This document shows, in pieces, positions 46,220-55,295 of a stretch of 64,000 nt of DNA; positions within the stretch are counted from its first letter, which is position 1; the number at the start of each line of letters is the position of its first letter. Below the pieces are notes generated by a model. The model had not been told where the DNA came from. It ran no database searches and saw only the letters and a list, made by a program, of their open reading frames with translations. The DNA comes from Candidatus Eiseniibacteriota bacterium (GTDB taxonomy: Bacteria > Eisenbacteria > RBG-16-71-46): NCBI GenBank assembly GCA_963707915.1, contig OY970178.1, forward strand, positions 2,208,001 through 2,272,000, given 5' to 3'. A program made the position numbers and the translations under genes.

Positions 46220-47155
46220 ATGGACGGCATCCGCATCGAGTCCCTGACCAAGACCTATCGCGCCGGACAGGTGCGCGCGCTCGACGGTGTCTCGCTCGAG
46301 ATCGCGCCCGGTGAGGTGTTCGGCATCATCGGACCCAACGGCGCCGGCAAGACCACCCTGCTCGGCTGCCTGCTGGGCTTCCTGCGGCCCGACTCCGGGC
46401 GCGTCAGCATCGCAGGGCGTGAACCCGACGATCTCGCCATCCGGGCGGTGACCGGCTACCTGCCGGAGCGCCTCACGCTCGACCGCTGGATGACCGGACT
46501 CGACTTCCTCGCCTATCACCACGCGCTCGCCCGCCTGCCCGCCGCCGGACGCACGACCGATGCGCAGGCCGCGCTCGCGCGCGTCGGCCTCGACCCCGAG
46601 GCCGGACACCGCTCCATCCGGCGCTACTCGCGCGGCATGCTGCAGCGCCTCGGCCTCGCCCAGGCGCTGCTCGGCCGGCCACGCTACGTGTTCCTCGACG
46701 AGCCCGCCTCGGGCGTCGACCCGGCGGGCGTCGTGCTCTTCCGCCGCCTGCTCGATGAAGTGAGGGCGGACGGCACGACCGTGGTGCTCAACTCGCACCA
46801 GTTGGACCAGGTCGAACGCGTGTGCGACCGCGTGGCGTTCGTCAAGCAGGGACGCATCGAGGCACTGGAGACGTTGCACGCCGGCGCGGCCCTGGCGCGC
46901 GTGTTGCGCGTGCGCGGCCCGGCCGGTGCGGCCACGCCGCGCGAAGCGCTCGAGCAGGCGGCGCGGCAGGCAGGCGCCGGGCTGCTCGACGTGTCCCCGC
47001 CGCTCGCGCGCTTCGCGGTGCCCGACGACGCCGGTGCGGTGCGTCTGGTGCAGGCGCTGGTCGCGGCCGGCGTGCCCGTGGCCGAGGTCACCCCCGAGGA
47101 GGGCAGGCTCGAGCGCCTGTTCCTCGAGGGCGCGCCTCCGGGAGGGCCGGCGTGA
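46220..47155 (+). CDS. ABC transporter ATP-binding protein
   Basis: GPNGAGKT, 'YSRGMLQR', 'FLDEP', 'LNSH'. Confidence 0.93.
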   Translation: MDGIRIESLTKTYRAGQVRALDGVSLEIAPGEVFGIIGPNGAGKTTLLGCLLGFLRPDSGRVSIAGREPDDLAIRAVTGYLPERLTLDRWMTGLDFLAYHHALARLPAAGRTTDAQAALARVGLDPEAGHRSIRRYSRGMLQRLGLAQALLGRPRYVFLDEPASGVDPAGVVLFRRLLDEVRADGTTVVLNSHQLDQVERVCDRVAFVKQGRIEALETLHAGAALARVLRVRGPAGAATPREALEQAARQAGAGLLDVSPPLARFAVPDDAGAVRLVQALVAAGVPVAEVTPEEGRLERLFLEGAPPGGPA

Positions 47156-47868
47156 ACCCCACCCTCGTCCTCGCCACGCTGCGGCAGCGCTTCACCAGCC
47201 CCATTCGGCTCGTCATCGTGCTGCTGTTCGGCTGGATGCCGATGCTCCCGCTCCTGCTCGCGCCGCGCGCCGGGTTCGCCGTGCTCGGCGACGGCTACTT
47301 CATCGCGCTGGCGCTGGCCGCCGGCATGATCGGCCAGGACCTCTCCTCGGGCACGCTGCAGCTGCTGCTGGCGCGGCCGGTGACGCGGGCCCAGTACGTC
47401 TTCAGCCGCTGGGCCGCCGTCGCCGCCGGGACCTTCGCGATCGCCGTGCTGCAGGCGATCGTCGCGGCGCTCATCATGGCGCTGCGCGGCGTCCCGGTGC
47501 CGTGGGACCAGGCCGCGCGGTTCCTGGCGAACGACGCCCTGCTGGCGCTCGGCACCGCCGCCGTCATGGCGTTGCTCTCGTCGTTGGCCGCGGGGATCGG
47601 CGACCTGGGACTGCTGTTCACGATCTTCCTCTCGGCGCAGGTGCTGCAGAAGGTGGGCGAGCTCAAGTCGTGGGACTGGCTCGCGCGCGGCGCCGCGGAG
47701 GTGCTGAGCGCACTCAAGCCGGAGATCGACCTGGCGCCGCTCTTCCAAGGCGGCGAGGTCGGCTGGCTCGCGGTGGTGTCCTATCTCTCGACCGTGGCGC
47801 TCTGCCTCGGACTCGCCGTGGTGGTGATGAACCGCCGGGAGCTGTCCTATGCCTCCTCCGGGAGCTGA
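47152..47868 (+). CDS. ABC-2 type transporter permease
   Basis: GTG overlaps the ATPase stop; 'SSGTLQLLLARPVTRAQY..SRW'; about six TM. Confidence 0.88.
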   Translation: MNPTLVLATLRQRFTSPIRLVIVLLFGWMPMLPLLLAPRAGFAVLGDGYFIALALAAGMIGQDLSSGTLQLLLARPVTRAQYVFSRWAAVAAGTFAIAVLQAIVAALIMALRGVPVPWDQAARFLANDALLALGTAAVMALLSSLAAGIGDLGLLFTIFLSAQVLQKVGELKSWDWLARGAAEVLSALKPEIDLAPLFQGGEVGWLAVVSYLSTVALCLGLAVVVMNRRELSYASSGS

Positions 47869-48436
47869 CCGGGCGGACGCCGTGCCTCCGCGCCGCGCGA
47901 GCTCGACCCGGCGCGACCCGGCGCTGCTGCTCGCCGTCGCCGCGCTGCTGCTGGTGCTGCGCATCGCCGGCGGCATCCACGACGCGCGCCGGAACGCGCC
48001 CGCGCCCGGGGGCGCGCCGTCGGGCGCCGACGCGGTGCGGTGGCGTACGCTCGCGGCGGGCGTCGCGGAATCCCGCGCGACCGGCCGGCCCATCCTCTAC
48101 GACTTCACCGCCGAGTGGTGCCCGCCGTGCCGGGCGATGCAGCGCCAGGTCTTCGCGGACCCGGAGGCCGTGGCGGAGATCGAGAGCCGGTTCGTGCCGG
48201 TGCGCGTGCTCGACCGCCAGCGCGAGGCGGGGCGCAACACCCCCTGGGTGGACTCGCTCCAGGCGCGCTACCGGGTGAGCTCGTTCCCGACGCTGGTCGT
48301 GGCCGGCGCAGACGGCCGCGAGGCATTGCGCCTCGAGGGCTTCATGGGGCGCGATCTCACCCTGGGACAACTGCGCGGCACGGGCGTGAGCCTGCGCTGG
48401 GGCGTGACCGGGCAGGCAGCGCCGGCCGGCCGCTGA
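47849..48436 (+). CDS. Membrane-anchored thioredoxin-family protein
   Basis: N-terminal TM; 'YDFTAEWCPPC', 'FPTLVV'. Confidence 0.85.
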   Translation: MPPPGADRADAVPPRRASSTRRDPALLLAVAALLLVLRIAGGIHDARRNAPAPGGAPSGADAVRWRTLAAGVAESRATGRPILYDFTAEWCPPCRAMQRQVFADPEAVAEIESRFVPVRVLDRQREAGRNTPWVDSLQARYRVSSFPTLVVAGADGREALRLEGFMGRDLTLGQLRGTGVSLRWGVTGQAAPAGR

Positions 48437-48496
48437 GGCTCGCGCCAAGGGGGGCGCGGCCGAAGCCACGCCCCCCGGGACATCGACGGCGGACGA

Positions 48497-50608
48497 TCAG
48501 CGGGGAGCGGCGCCCGGCGCCCCGCCCAGCTGCTTCCACAGGAACGTGTAGGCCAGCGCCGCCATGAACGCGCGCTGCGTGTTGTTCGCCGCGCCCGCGT
48601 GCCCGCCCTCGACGTTCTCGTAGTAGAGCACGTCGTGCCCCTGCTCCTTCATCCGCGCCACCATCTTGCGCGCGTGGCCCGGGTGCACGCGGTCGTCGCG
48701 CGTCGAGCTGGTGAACAGCGTGCGCGGGTACTTCACGCCCGGCTTCACGTTCTGGTACGGCGACCAGGTGCGGATGAACTTCCACTGCGCCGGGTCGTCC
48801 GGGTCCCCGTACTCGCCCATCCACGACGCCCCGGCCAGCAGCTTGTGGTAGCGCCTCATGTCGAGCAGGGGCGCCTGGCAGACGACCGCCCCGAACAGGT
48901 CGGGGCGCATGGTCAGCATGTTGCCCACCAGCAGCCCGCCGTTGGAGCCACCGATGCAGCCCAGCCGCTTCGGCGTCGCCACGCCGCGCCGGATCAGGTC
49001 CTCGGCCACCGCGATGAAGTCCTCGTAGACCCGGTGGCGGTCGGCCTTCACGCCGGCCTGGTGCCACCGCGGGCCGAACTCGCCGCCACCGCGGATGTTC
49101 GCCACCACCAGCACGCCGCCGCGCTCGAGCCAGCCGGCGCCGCGCGTGCCGTTGTAGGCCGGCAGTTCGGAGACCTCGAAGCCGCCGTACCCGGTGAGCA
49201 GCACCGGCGCGGTCCCCCTGCCGTCCGCCTTCGCCGGCCCGACCTCGAAGTACGGGATCCGCGTGCCGTCCTTCGAGACCGCCTCGTGCTGGCTGACCGT
49301 GTCGCGGCTGGCGTCGAAGAACGCCGGGCTCTGCTTGAGCTTCTCGGCCGGGCCTCCGCCGACGGTACCCAGCGACAGGCTGCCCGGGGTGAGGAAGTCG
49401 GTGATCGTCAGCCAGAAGTCGTCGGACTCGCGCGGATCGACCGGCGAGACGCCGATGCTCCCGTACTCCGGGAGCCCCGGCAGCGCGGAGCGCGACCAGG
49501 CCCCGTCCGCGTGACGCACCGCGTAGACCCGGCTGCGGACGTTGTCGAGCACCTCGAGCAGGACCGCGCTCCGGGTGGTCGACCAGCCGTCGAGCGAGCT
49601 GCGCTCGGTGGGCGCGAACAGGACGTCGAACTCGCGCTTGCCGCCCAGGAAGTCCTCGAAGCGGGTCGCGAGGAGCGCGCCCGACGGATAGGTCCTTCCG
49701 CCCACGCTCCAGTCGGTGCGCAGCTTGATGATCAGCCACTCGCGGAAGGCCCCCGCCTCGGCATCGTCCGGCTTCTCGATCCGGATCAGACGCCCGTCGC
49801 GGCGCAGGAACTGCTCGTTCGTGTAGGTGGTGATCCCGCGGTAGACGAAGTCACGCTCGAACCCGGGCGTGTCGTCGTGCCCCGCGCCGACGCCCACGTC
49901 GCCGGGCTGGCCCTCGTACACCAGGGTGGCGGCCGAGAGCGGGGTGCCGCGCCGCCATTCCTTCACGACCCGTGCGTAGCCCGACGTCGTCATGGTGGAG
50001 GAGTCGAAGGCGAAGCCGACGTAAAGGCGGTCCGGGTCGATCCACGAGGCGTCGCTCTTGGACTCGGGGAGCGCGAAGCCGTCCGGCACGAAGGCGCCGG
50101 TCACGAGGTCGAACTCGCGCACCGCGGTGGCGTCGGCGCCGCCGCGCGACAGGCGGACCAGGCAGCGGCGGTACTCGGGCGCGACCGCCGAGGCCCCCTC
50201 CCAGACCCAGTTCTGGCCCTCGGCCTTCGCCAGGGAGTCCACGTCGATCACGGTCTCCCACGCCGGCGCGGCCTTGCGGTACTCGTCGAGCGTGGTGCGG
50301 CGCCAGATGCCGCGCTCGTGCTGCGAGTCGCGCCAGAAGTTGTAGTGGCGGGCACCGATCTTCTCGACGGCGGGGATGCGGGCGTCGGAGTTCAGGATGG
50401 CCAGGAAGCGCGCGTCCATCGCCTTGAACTCCGCCGAGCCAGCCAGTTCGCCCACGCTCTCCTGGTTCTGGCGGGCCACCCAGTCGAGCGCCTTCTTCCC
50501 GGTCACCTCCTCGAGCCAGAGTCCGGGATCGGCGGCCGGCGCGGCGACCGCCGTCCCCAGCGGAAGCAGCGAGGCCAGCATGGACAGCACCACGAGCTTC
50601 ATCACCAT
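48497..50608 (-). CDS. Prolyl oligopeptidase (S9A), secreted
   Basis: 'GYGGF', 'NIRGGGEFG', GGSNGG, 'DDRVHP', 'GGH'. Confidence 0.95.
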   Translation of the reverse strand: MVMKLVVLSMLASLLPLGTAVAAPAADPGLWLEEVTGKKALDWVARQNQESVGELAGSAEFKAMDARFLAILNSDARIPAVEKIGARHYNFWRDSQHERGIWRRTTLDEYRKAAPAWETVIDVDSLAKAEGQNWVWEGASAVAPEYRRCLVRLSRGGADATAVREFDLVTGAFVPDGFALPESKSDASWIDPDRLYVGFAFDSSTMTTSGYARVVKEWRRGTPLSAATLVYEGQPGDVGVGAGHDDTPGFERDFVYRGITTYTNEQFLRRDGRLIRIEKPDDAEAGAFREWLIIKLRTDWSVGGRTYPSGALLATRFEDFLGGKREFDVLFAPTERSSLDGWSTTRSAVLLEVLDNVRSRVYAVRHADGAWSRSALPGLPEYGSIGVSPVDPRESDDFWLTITDFLTPGSLSLGTVGGGPAEKLKQSPAFFDASRDTVSQHEAVSKDGTRIPYFEVGPAKADGRGTAPVLLTGYGGFEVSELPAYNGTRGAGWLERGGVLVVANIRGGGEFGPRWHQAGVKADRHRVYEDFIAVAEDLIRRGVATPKRLGCIGGSNGGLLVGNMLTMRPDLFGAVVCQAPLLDMRRYHKLLAGASWMGEYGDPDDPAQWKFIRTWSPYQNVKPGVKYPRTLFTSSTRDDRVHPGHARKMVARMKEQGHDVLYYENVEGGHAGAANNTQRAFMAALAYTFLWKQLGGAPGAAPR

Positions 50609-50807
50609 CGGAACCTCCGTTCGGGACGCGCCACGCGATCACGGTACGCACTCGGAATCCCGCGTCACCTTACCGGGGAACGGCGGTTCGCGCGAACCGC
50701 GTCGGTGGTCCCGGTGCCCGTGCGGGGCGGCGCGCACCGTCGCCGGGGGTTCCCGTCCCGGTGCCCGCGCGGGGCCGCGAGGTGGCCGCGTCCGCGACCG
50801 GCGCCGG

Positions 50808-51671
50808 TCAGCCCGGCAGGTTCACGGCGCGCGGCGCGAGCACCACGGGCCCGCCGTCGGGCGCATCAGCGAAGCGGCCGATGATGCGGGCGAGCTCGTC
50901 CGGGCGATCGAGCATCACGAAGTGGCCGCAGCCGTCCACGCGCACCGCGCGCACGCGGGGTACCGCTCCGAACCCGAGCACCGCCGCGGTCTCCACCCAG
51001 GGCTCGCCCTTCGGCCACGAGCGCGGCGCGAGCACCGCGAGCACGGGGCAGCGCATCCGGGCCACGCGCGTCGTGAGGTCGGTCGCGAGCGCGAGGCGGA
51101 TCCAGGGCCGGACGACCGCGGGATCCAGCGCCGCCACCTGGCGGTAGAGCGCATCGCCCTGCGCGGAGTCCCGCCCGAGCGCGGCACAGACCTGGCGCAG
51201 CGTGCCCCGGTAGTCGCCGTCGAGTCCGGCCCGGCGCTCCGTCCACGAGGCCTGCGGCCGCAGGGCCGTCTCGATCAGCACCAGCGCGCGCACCCGGCCC
51301 GGGCGCGCGCAGGCCTCGGCCGCGGCCACCAGCCCGCCGAGCGAGTGCGCCACGAGCACGACCGGCTCCCGCGAGACCCGCGCGAGCGCCAGGTCGAGCG
51401 TCCGGGTCGCGCTCCCGAGCGAGAGCCGCCCGGGCACCGCGCCGCCCCCCTGGCCCGGCAGGTCCACGAACACGACCCGGTGCTGCCGGGCGAGGATCCG
51501 CGCGGTGGGCAGCCAGCGCCCGGTGTCGCCGCCCGGCCCGCGCACGATGACGATCGCCGGACCCTGGCCGAACGCGGCCGCCAGCGGCGCCGAGCGCGGC
51601 GCGACGACGCGGGCGCCGAACAGGACCAGCGCCAGCGCGGAAGCGAGCAGGACACGGGCTCGAAGGGGCAT
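50808..51671 (-). CDS. Secreted alpha/beta hydrolase
   Basis: 'DLPGQG', nucleophile 'AHSLGG', 'GHFVM'. Confidence 0.85.
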   Translation of the reverse strand: MPLRARVLLASALALVLFGARVVAPRSAPLAAAFGQGPAIVIVRGPGGDTGRWLPTARILARQHRVVFVDLPGQGGGAVPGRLSLGSATRTLDLALARVSREPVVLVAHSLGGLVAAAEACARPGRVRALVLIETALRPQASWTERRAGLDGDYRGTLRQVCAALGRDSAQGDALYRQVAALDPAVVRPWIRLALATDLTTRVARMRCPVLAVLAPRSWPKGEPWVETAAVLGFGAVPRVRAVRVDGCGHFVMLDRPDELARIIGRFADAPDGGPVVLAPRAVNLPG

Positions 51672-51824
51672 GCTTCTCCGGGACGCCCCGCGGCCGTGCG
51701 GGGCACTCTCCCAGTATCGGTCCGTGACCGGTCCGGCTGAAGGCCGGAGGCGCCCGGCCCACCCGACATCCAGTTCCGATAACGTCCGATGATGGGGGCG
51801 CGGCTGTGGTAGAAAGGGGGCCTG

Positions 51825-53351
51825 ATGCTCGACGACCTGGCCTGCTACCGCGCGTTCACCAGCCGCGACCGCCGTTTCGACGGCCGCTTCGTGACGGCCG
51901 TGCTCACGACCGGCGTCTACTGCCGGCCGGGCTGCCCGGCGCGCCGGCCGGCGCGGCGCAACGTGCGCTTCTTCGCCTGCCCGGCGGCCGCCGAGAGCGC
52001 CGGCTTTCGCCCCTGCCTGCGCTGCCGGCCGGAGACCGCGCCCGGCAGCCCCGCCGGCTCCGGCACGTCGGCGACCGTGGCCCGGGCGTTGCGGCTGATC
52101 GACGAGGGAGCGCTGGACCGGGCGGGCGTCGAGCCGCTCGCCGCGCGGCTCGGCGTGACCGGGCGCTGGCTGCGCCGGCTGTTCGCCGGGCAACTCGGCG
52201 CCTCGCCGCTCGCGGTGGCCCGGACGCGCCGGGTGCACTTCGCGCGGCGCCTGCTCGACGAGACCGACCTGCCGGTCGCCGAGGTGGCGTTCGCGTCCGG
52301 CTTCGGCAGCGCGCGGCGCCTGCACGACGCGATCCGCGCCACGTTCCGCCGCGCGCCGCGCGAACTGCGCCGGCGGACGGCGGCCCGCCGCGGAACCACG
52401 GGCGCCGGTGAGCGGGCGGGCGCCGCGTCCGCCACGACCCGCCCGTTCCCGGACGGCGACACGCTCGAGCTGAGGCTGCCGGCCCGGCCGCCGTTCGACG
52501 CCGGGCCGCTGCTGCGCTTCTTCGCCGCGCGGGCGCTGCCCGGCGTCGAGGAGGTCGCGGACGGCGTCTACCGCCGCAGCGTGCGGCTCGGAGACGAATC
52601 CGGCGTGGTGGAGGTCCGGGCCGTGCCCGGCGAGGCGGGCGTGCGCGTGCGCTGGCCCGCCGGGTCGTCGCGTCCGCTGCTCACGCTGGCGGGCCGCGCG
52701 GGCCGCCTGTTCGATCTCGCGGCGGACGCCGGCGCGATCCGCGCGCACCTGCGGCGCGATCCCGTGCTCGCGGCTGCGATCCCCCCGGCCGGGATCCGCG
52801 TGCCCGGCGCCTGGGACCCGTTCGAGCTCGGCGTGCGCGCCCTGCTCGGCCAGCAGGTCTCGGTCGCGGCGGCGCGCACGCTCGCGGCCCGTCTCGTCGG
52901 GCTGTGCGGAGCGCCGCTGCCCGGCGGGCCGCGGGGAACCCTCACGCACCTGTTCCCCACGCCGGCGGCCGTCGCCGCCGCGGACCTGCCGCGCATCGGG
53001 CTGACGCGCGCGCGCACCGCGGCGCTGCGGGGGTTCGCGGCCGCGGTCGACCGCGGCGAACTCGACCTGGCCGTGGCCGCGAGCCTCGACGAGCAGGTGG
53101 CGCGGCTCACCGCGCTGCCCGGCATCGGGGAGTGGACGGCGCACTACGTCGCCATGCGCGCGCTCGGCGATCCCGACGCGTTCCCGGCCGGCGACCTGGG
53201 ACTGCGGCGCGCGCTCGGACGCGGCGGCCGGCTCGCCACGCCCCGCGAGGTCACCCGGCACGCCGAACGCTGGCGGCCCTGGCGCGCCTACGCCGTGATC
53301 GCCCTGTGGACGAAGGACGCCGCGCAACCCGCAACCAGGAGGAGACCATGA
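51825..53351 (+). CDS. alkA: Ada-type regulator fused to AlkA 3-methyladenine glycosylase
   Basis: Ada Zn 'YCRPGC...FRPCLRC', AraC HTH, AlkA_N, HhH 'LPGIGEWTA', 'D.FP.GD', 'WRPWRAYA'. Confidence 0.93.
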   Translation: MLDDLACYRAFTSRDRRFDGRFVTAVLTTGVYCRPGCPARRPARRNVRFFACPAAAESAGFRPCLRCRPETAPGSPAGSGTSATVARALRLIDEGALDRAGVEPLAARLGVTGRWLRRLFAGQLGASPLAVARTRRVHFARRLLDETDLPVAEVAFASGFGSARRLHDAIRATFRRAPRELRRRTAARRGTTGAGERAGAASATTRPFPDGDTLELRLPARPPFDAGPLLRFFAARALPGVEEVADGVYRRSVRLGDESGVVEVRAVPGEAGVRVRWPAGSSRPLLTLAGRAGRLFDLAADAGAIRAHLRRDPVLAAAIPPAGIRVPGAWDPFELGVRALLGQQVSVAAARTLAARLVGLCGAPLPGGPRGTLTHLFPTPAAVAAADLPRIGLTRARTAALRGFAAAVDRGELDLAVAASLDEQVARLTALPGIGEWTAHYVAMRALGDPDAFPAGDLGLRRALGRGGRLATPREVTRHAERWRPWRAYAVIALWTKDAAQPATRRRP

Positions 53352-53860
53352 CGATCGAGACGGCTGTCGTGCAGACCCCGCTCGGGCCGGTGACGCTCTA
53401 CGCCCGGGACGGCGCGCTCGTCGGCCTGGAATTCACCGACCGGGTCGCGCGGCGGCGCGCGCTGGAGCGGCGGCTGCGGCGCCACCTCGGGCCGTTCGAG
53501 ATGCGGGAGGTCCGCGATCCCGCCGGCGCCCGCGCCCGGCTCGCGGCCTACTTCGCGGGCGAGCGCGGCGCCCTCGCCGGCCAGAAGGTCGAGCTGCACG
53601 GCACGTCGTTCCAGCTCGCCGTGTGGCGCGAGCTGCGCCGCATCCCGCCCGGCCGCACGCTCAGCTACGCCGCGCTCGCGGCCCGCGTCGCCCGGCCGCG
53701 CGCCGTCCGCGCGGCGGGACAGGCGAACGGGAGCAACCCGGTCTCGCTGTTCGTGCCGTGCCACCGCGTGATCGCCGCGGACGGCGGGCTGGGCGGATAC
53801 GGCGGCGGGCTGGAGCGCAAGCGCAGGCTGCTCGCGCTCGAGGGACTGACCCTGGCGTGA
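53348..53860 (+). CDS. ogt: Methylated-DNA--protein-cysteine methyltransferase
   Basis: 'GTSFQLAVW', 'RAAGQANG.NP', active site PCHR. Confidence 0.95.
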   Translation: MTIETAVVQTPLGPVTLYARDGALVGLEFTDRVARRRALERRLRRHLGPFEMREVRDPAGARARLAAYFAGERGALAGQKVELHGTSFQLAVWRELRRIPPGRTLSYAALAARVARPRAVRAAGQANGSNPVSLFVPCHRVIAADGGLGGYGGGLERKRRLLALEGLTLA

Positions 53861-53863
53861 GGC

Positions 53864-53919
53864 CCCGGCGCTCCGGGCGGGACACCCGCGTGCAGCGCGG
53901 GCCCGCCCGGAGCGCCGGG
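53864..53919. terminator. Perfect 18-bp inverted repeat between convergent genes
   Basis: cccggcgctccgggcggg (53864-53881) / cccgcccggagcgccggg (53902-53919), extra stem in the loop; no U tail. Confidence 0.6.
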
Positions 53920-53958
53920 AGACCGGCCGCGAACCGGCGGACCCGCGCCGGCCGGCGG

Positions 53959-54831
53959 CTACTTCCGCTTCGCCGCCAGCGCCCGGACCGTGAAGTCCGC
54001 GATGACCGCGGCCAGCGTGTCGGGCTGGTCCTGCATCACGAGGTAACCGGCGTTGGTGATGCGCCGCATCGGGACCGCGGTCGTGTCCTCGAAGCCGAGC
54101 GCCTGGAACACGGTCCCGGGGCTCCTCCCACTCTTGAAGAGGAGGTCGGTCGCGACGAAGAGGTACGGCACCTGGAGCGACTTCAGTGCCGGCGTGGCGT
54201 CGCCGGTGAGCGAGGCGCCGATGTAGGACTTGATGGTCTGCGGCGGCGTCTGCGCGGCCACCGCGTGGATGGCGACCCCCTGCAGCGAGTCCTTGCCCGC
54301 CCGGCTGAAGATCATCTTGAGGATCTGGTCGTAGTTCGAGTCCAGCATGCGCTTGAAGCCCTGGATCTCCTGGTCATCGATCCGGAGCGACGACTTCAGC
54401 CCGGTGTCGATGAGCACGATCCCGCGCACGCGCCCCGGGTGCGCCTTCAGGTCGAGCAGCGACAGCATCCCGCCGACGCCCTTGCCCACCAGTACCGTGC
54501 TGTCCGGGTTCTGCTTCGCCAGCACCAGGTCGAGCGCCTCCGCCGCGGCCTCGAACGTGAACGGGTCGGGCGCGGGGCTGTCGCCGTGACCCGGCAGGTC
54601 CACCAGCACGACGTGGTACTTGCCGACGAGCTTGCGGACCGTCGGCATCCAGCTCGAGCGGTTCCCGCCCAGCTCGTGGACCAGCACGATCGTGGGGCCC
54701 TTGCCCAGCTCGAGGGTCTTGGGGGCGACCGGCGGAGCGGCCGTGCCCGGCAGGGCGATGGACGACAGGAGCGCGAACGCGAGCAGCACGGCTGACGCCA
54801 GGATCCAGGCGGTTCTCGGAGTCTTGGTCAC
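53959..54831 (-). CDS. Secreted alpha/beta hydrolase-fold protein, catalytic residues replaced
   Basis: 'VLVHELGG', 'DLPGHG'; 'GKGVGG' at the nucleophile elbow; 'AGYLVM' at the His position; GTG start after GGAGGA. Confidence 0.82.
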   Translation of the reverse strand: MTKTPRTAWILASAVLLAFALLSSIALPGTAAPPVAPKTLELGKGPTIVLVHELGGNRSSWMPTVRKLVGKYHVVLVDLPGHGDSPAPDPFTFEAAAEALDLVLAKQNPDSTVLVGKGVGGMLSLLDLKAHPGRVRGIVLIDTGLKSSLRIDDQEIQGFKRMLDSNYDQILKMIFSRAGKDSLQGVAIHAVAAQTPPQTIKSYIGASLTGDATPALKSLQVPYLFVATDLLFKSGRSPGTVFQALGFEDTTAVPMRRITNAGYLVMQDQPDTLAAVIADFTVRALAAKRK

Positions 54832-54992
54832 GGGTCCTCCCTCGGTGCGGGGCTGCGGGACCGTCGGCCGCCTCCCTGGCGCTCGACCCGCACGAAGCCC
54901 GGCGCAGTGTACCCCGGGAGGCGGTTCCGGGCATCCCGACCCGGCACGGACGCGGACGCGGGGCGGGTCCGGAGGCCTCTCCATGCCGTTTC

Positions 54993-55021
54993 TTGACGAC
55001 TGCACATTTGTGCAGTAGCAT
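54993..55021 (+). promoter_or_regulatory. sigma70 promoter with overlapping palindromic operator (candidate LexA/SOS box)
   Basis: TTGACG-N17-TAGCAT; ACTGCACA-TT-TGTGCAGT at 54999-55016. Confidence 0.8.
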
Positions 55022-55040
55022 CCCGCCCGCCAGGTCCGAC

Positions 55041-55295
55041 ATGAGACAAGAACCCATCGACGAGCCCATCGCCGTGCGCGCCGACTTCCGGGGCGGCGCG
55101 GTCACGCCCATCGCCTTCCGCCTGCGCGGGCGGGAGCACCGCGTGGTGCGCGTGAACGCGCGCTGGGTGGACCGGGTCCCGCGACACCCGCACTTCTACT
55201 TCTCGGTCACGGCCGAGAGCGGCGACGTCTACCAGCTCCAGCTCCAGGCCGCCGACCTCGTCTGGTGGCTGGACTCGGTGACGCTGGAGGGGTGA
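55041..55295 (+). CDS. Small conserved-looking protein (DUF6504-like), 84 aa
   Basis: 'IDEPIAV..F.....TPIAF...GREHRV..V..RW...YFSV....GDVYQL......WWL'; TGATG coupling to dinB. Confidence 0.75.
   Translation: MRQEPIDEPIAVRADFRGGAVTPIAFRLRGREHRVVRVNARWVDRVPRHPHFYFSVTAESGDVYQLQLQAADLVWWLDSVTLEG

Noticed and set aside
50708..50775. Direct repeat as a mini CRISPR array
   Set aside because: Only two 21-bp copies and no cas genes
51775..51782. TCCGATAA before alkA as another sigma28 promoter
   Set aside because: No matching -35 element at the 15-nt spacing
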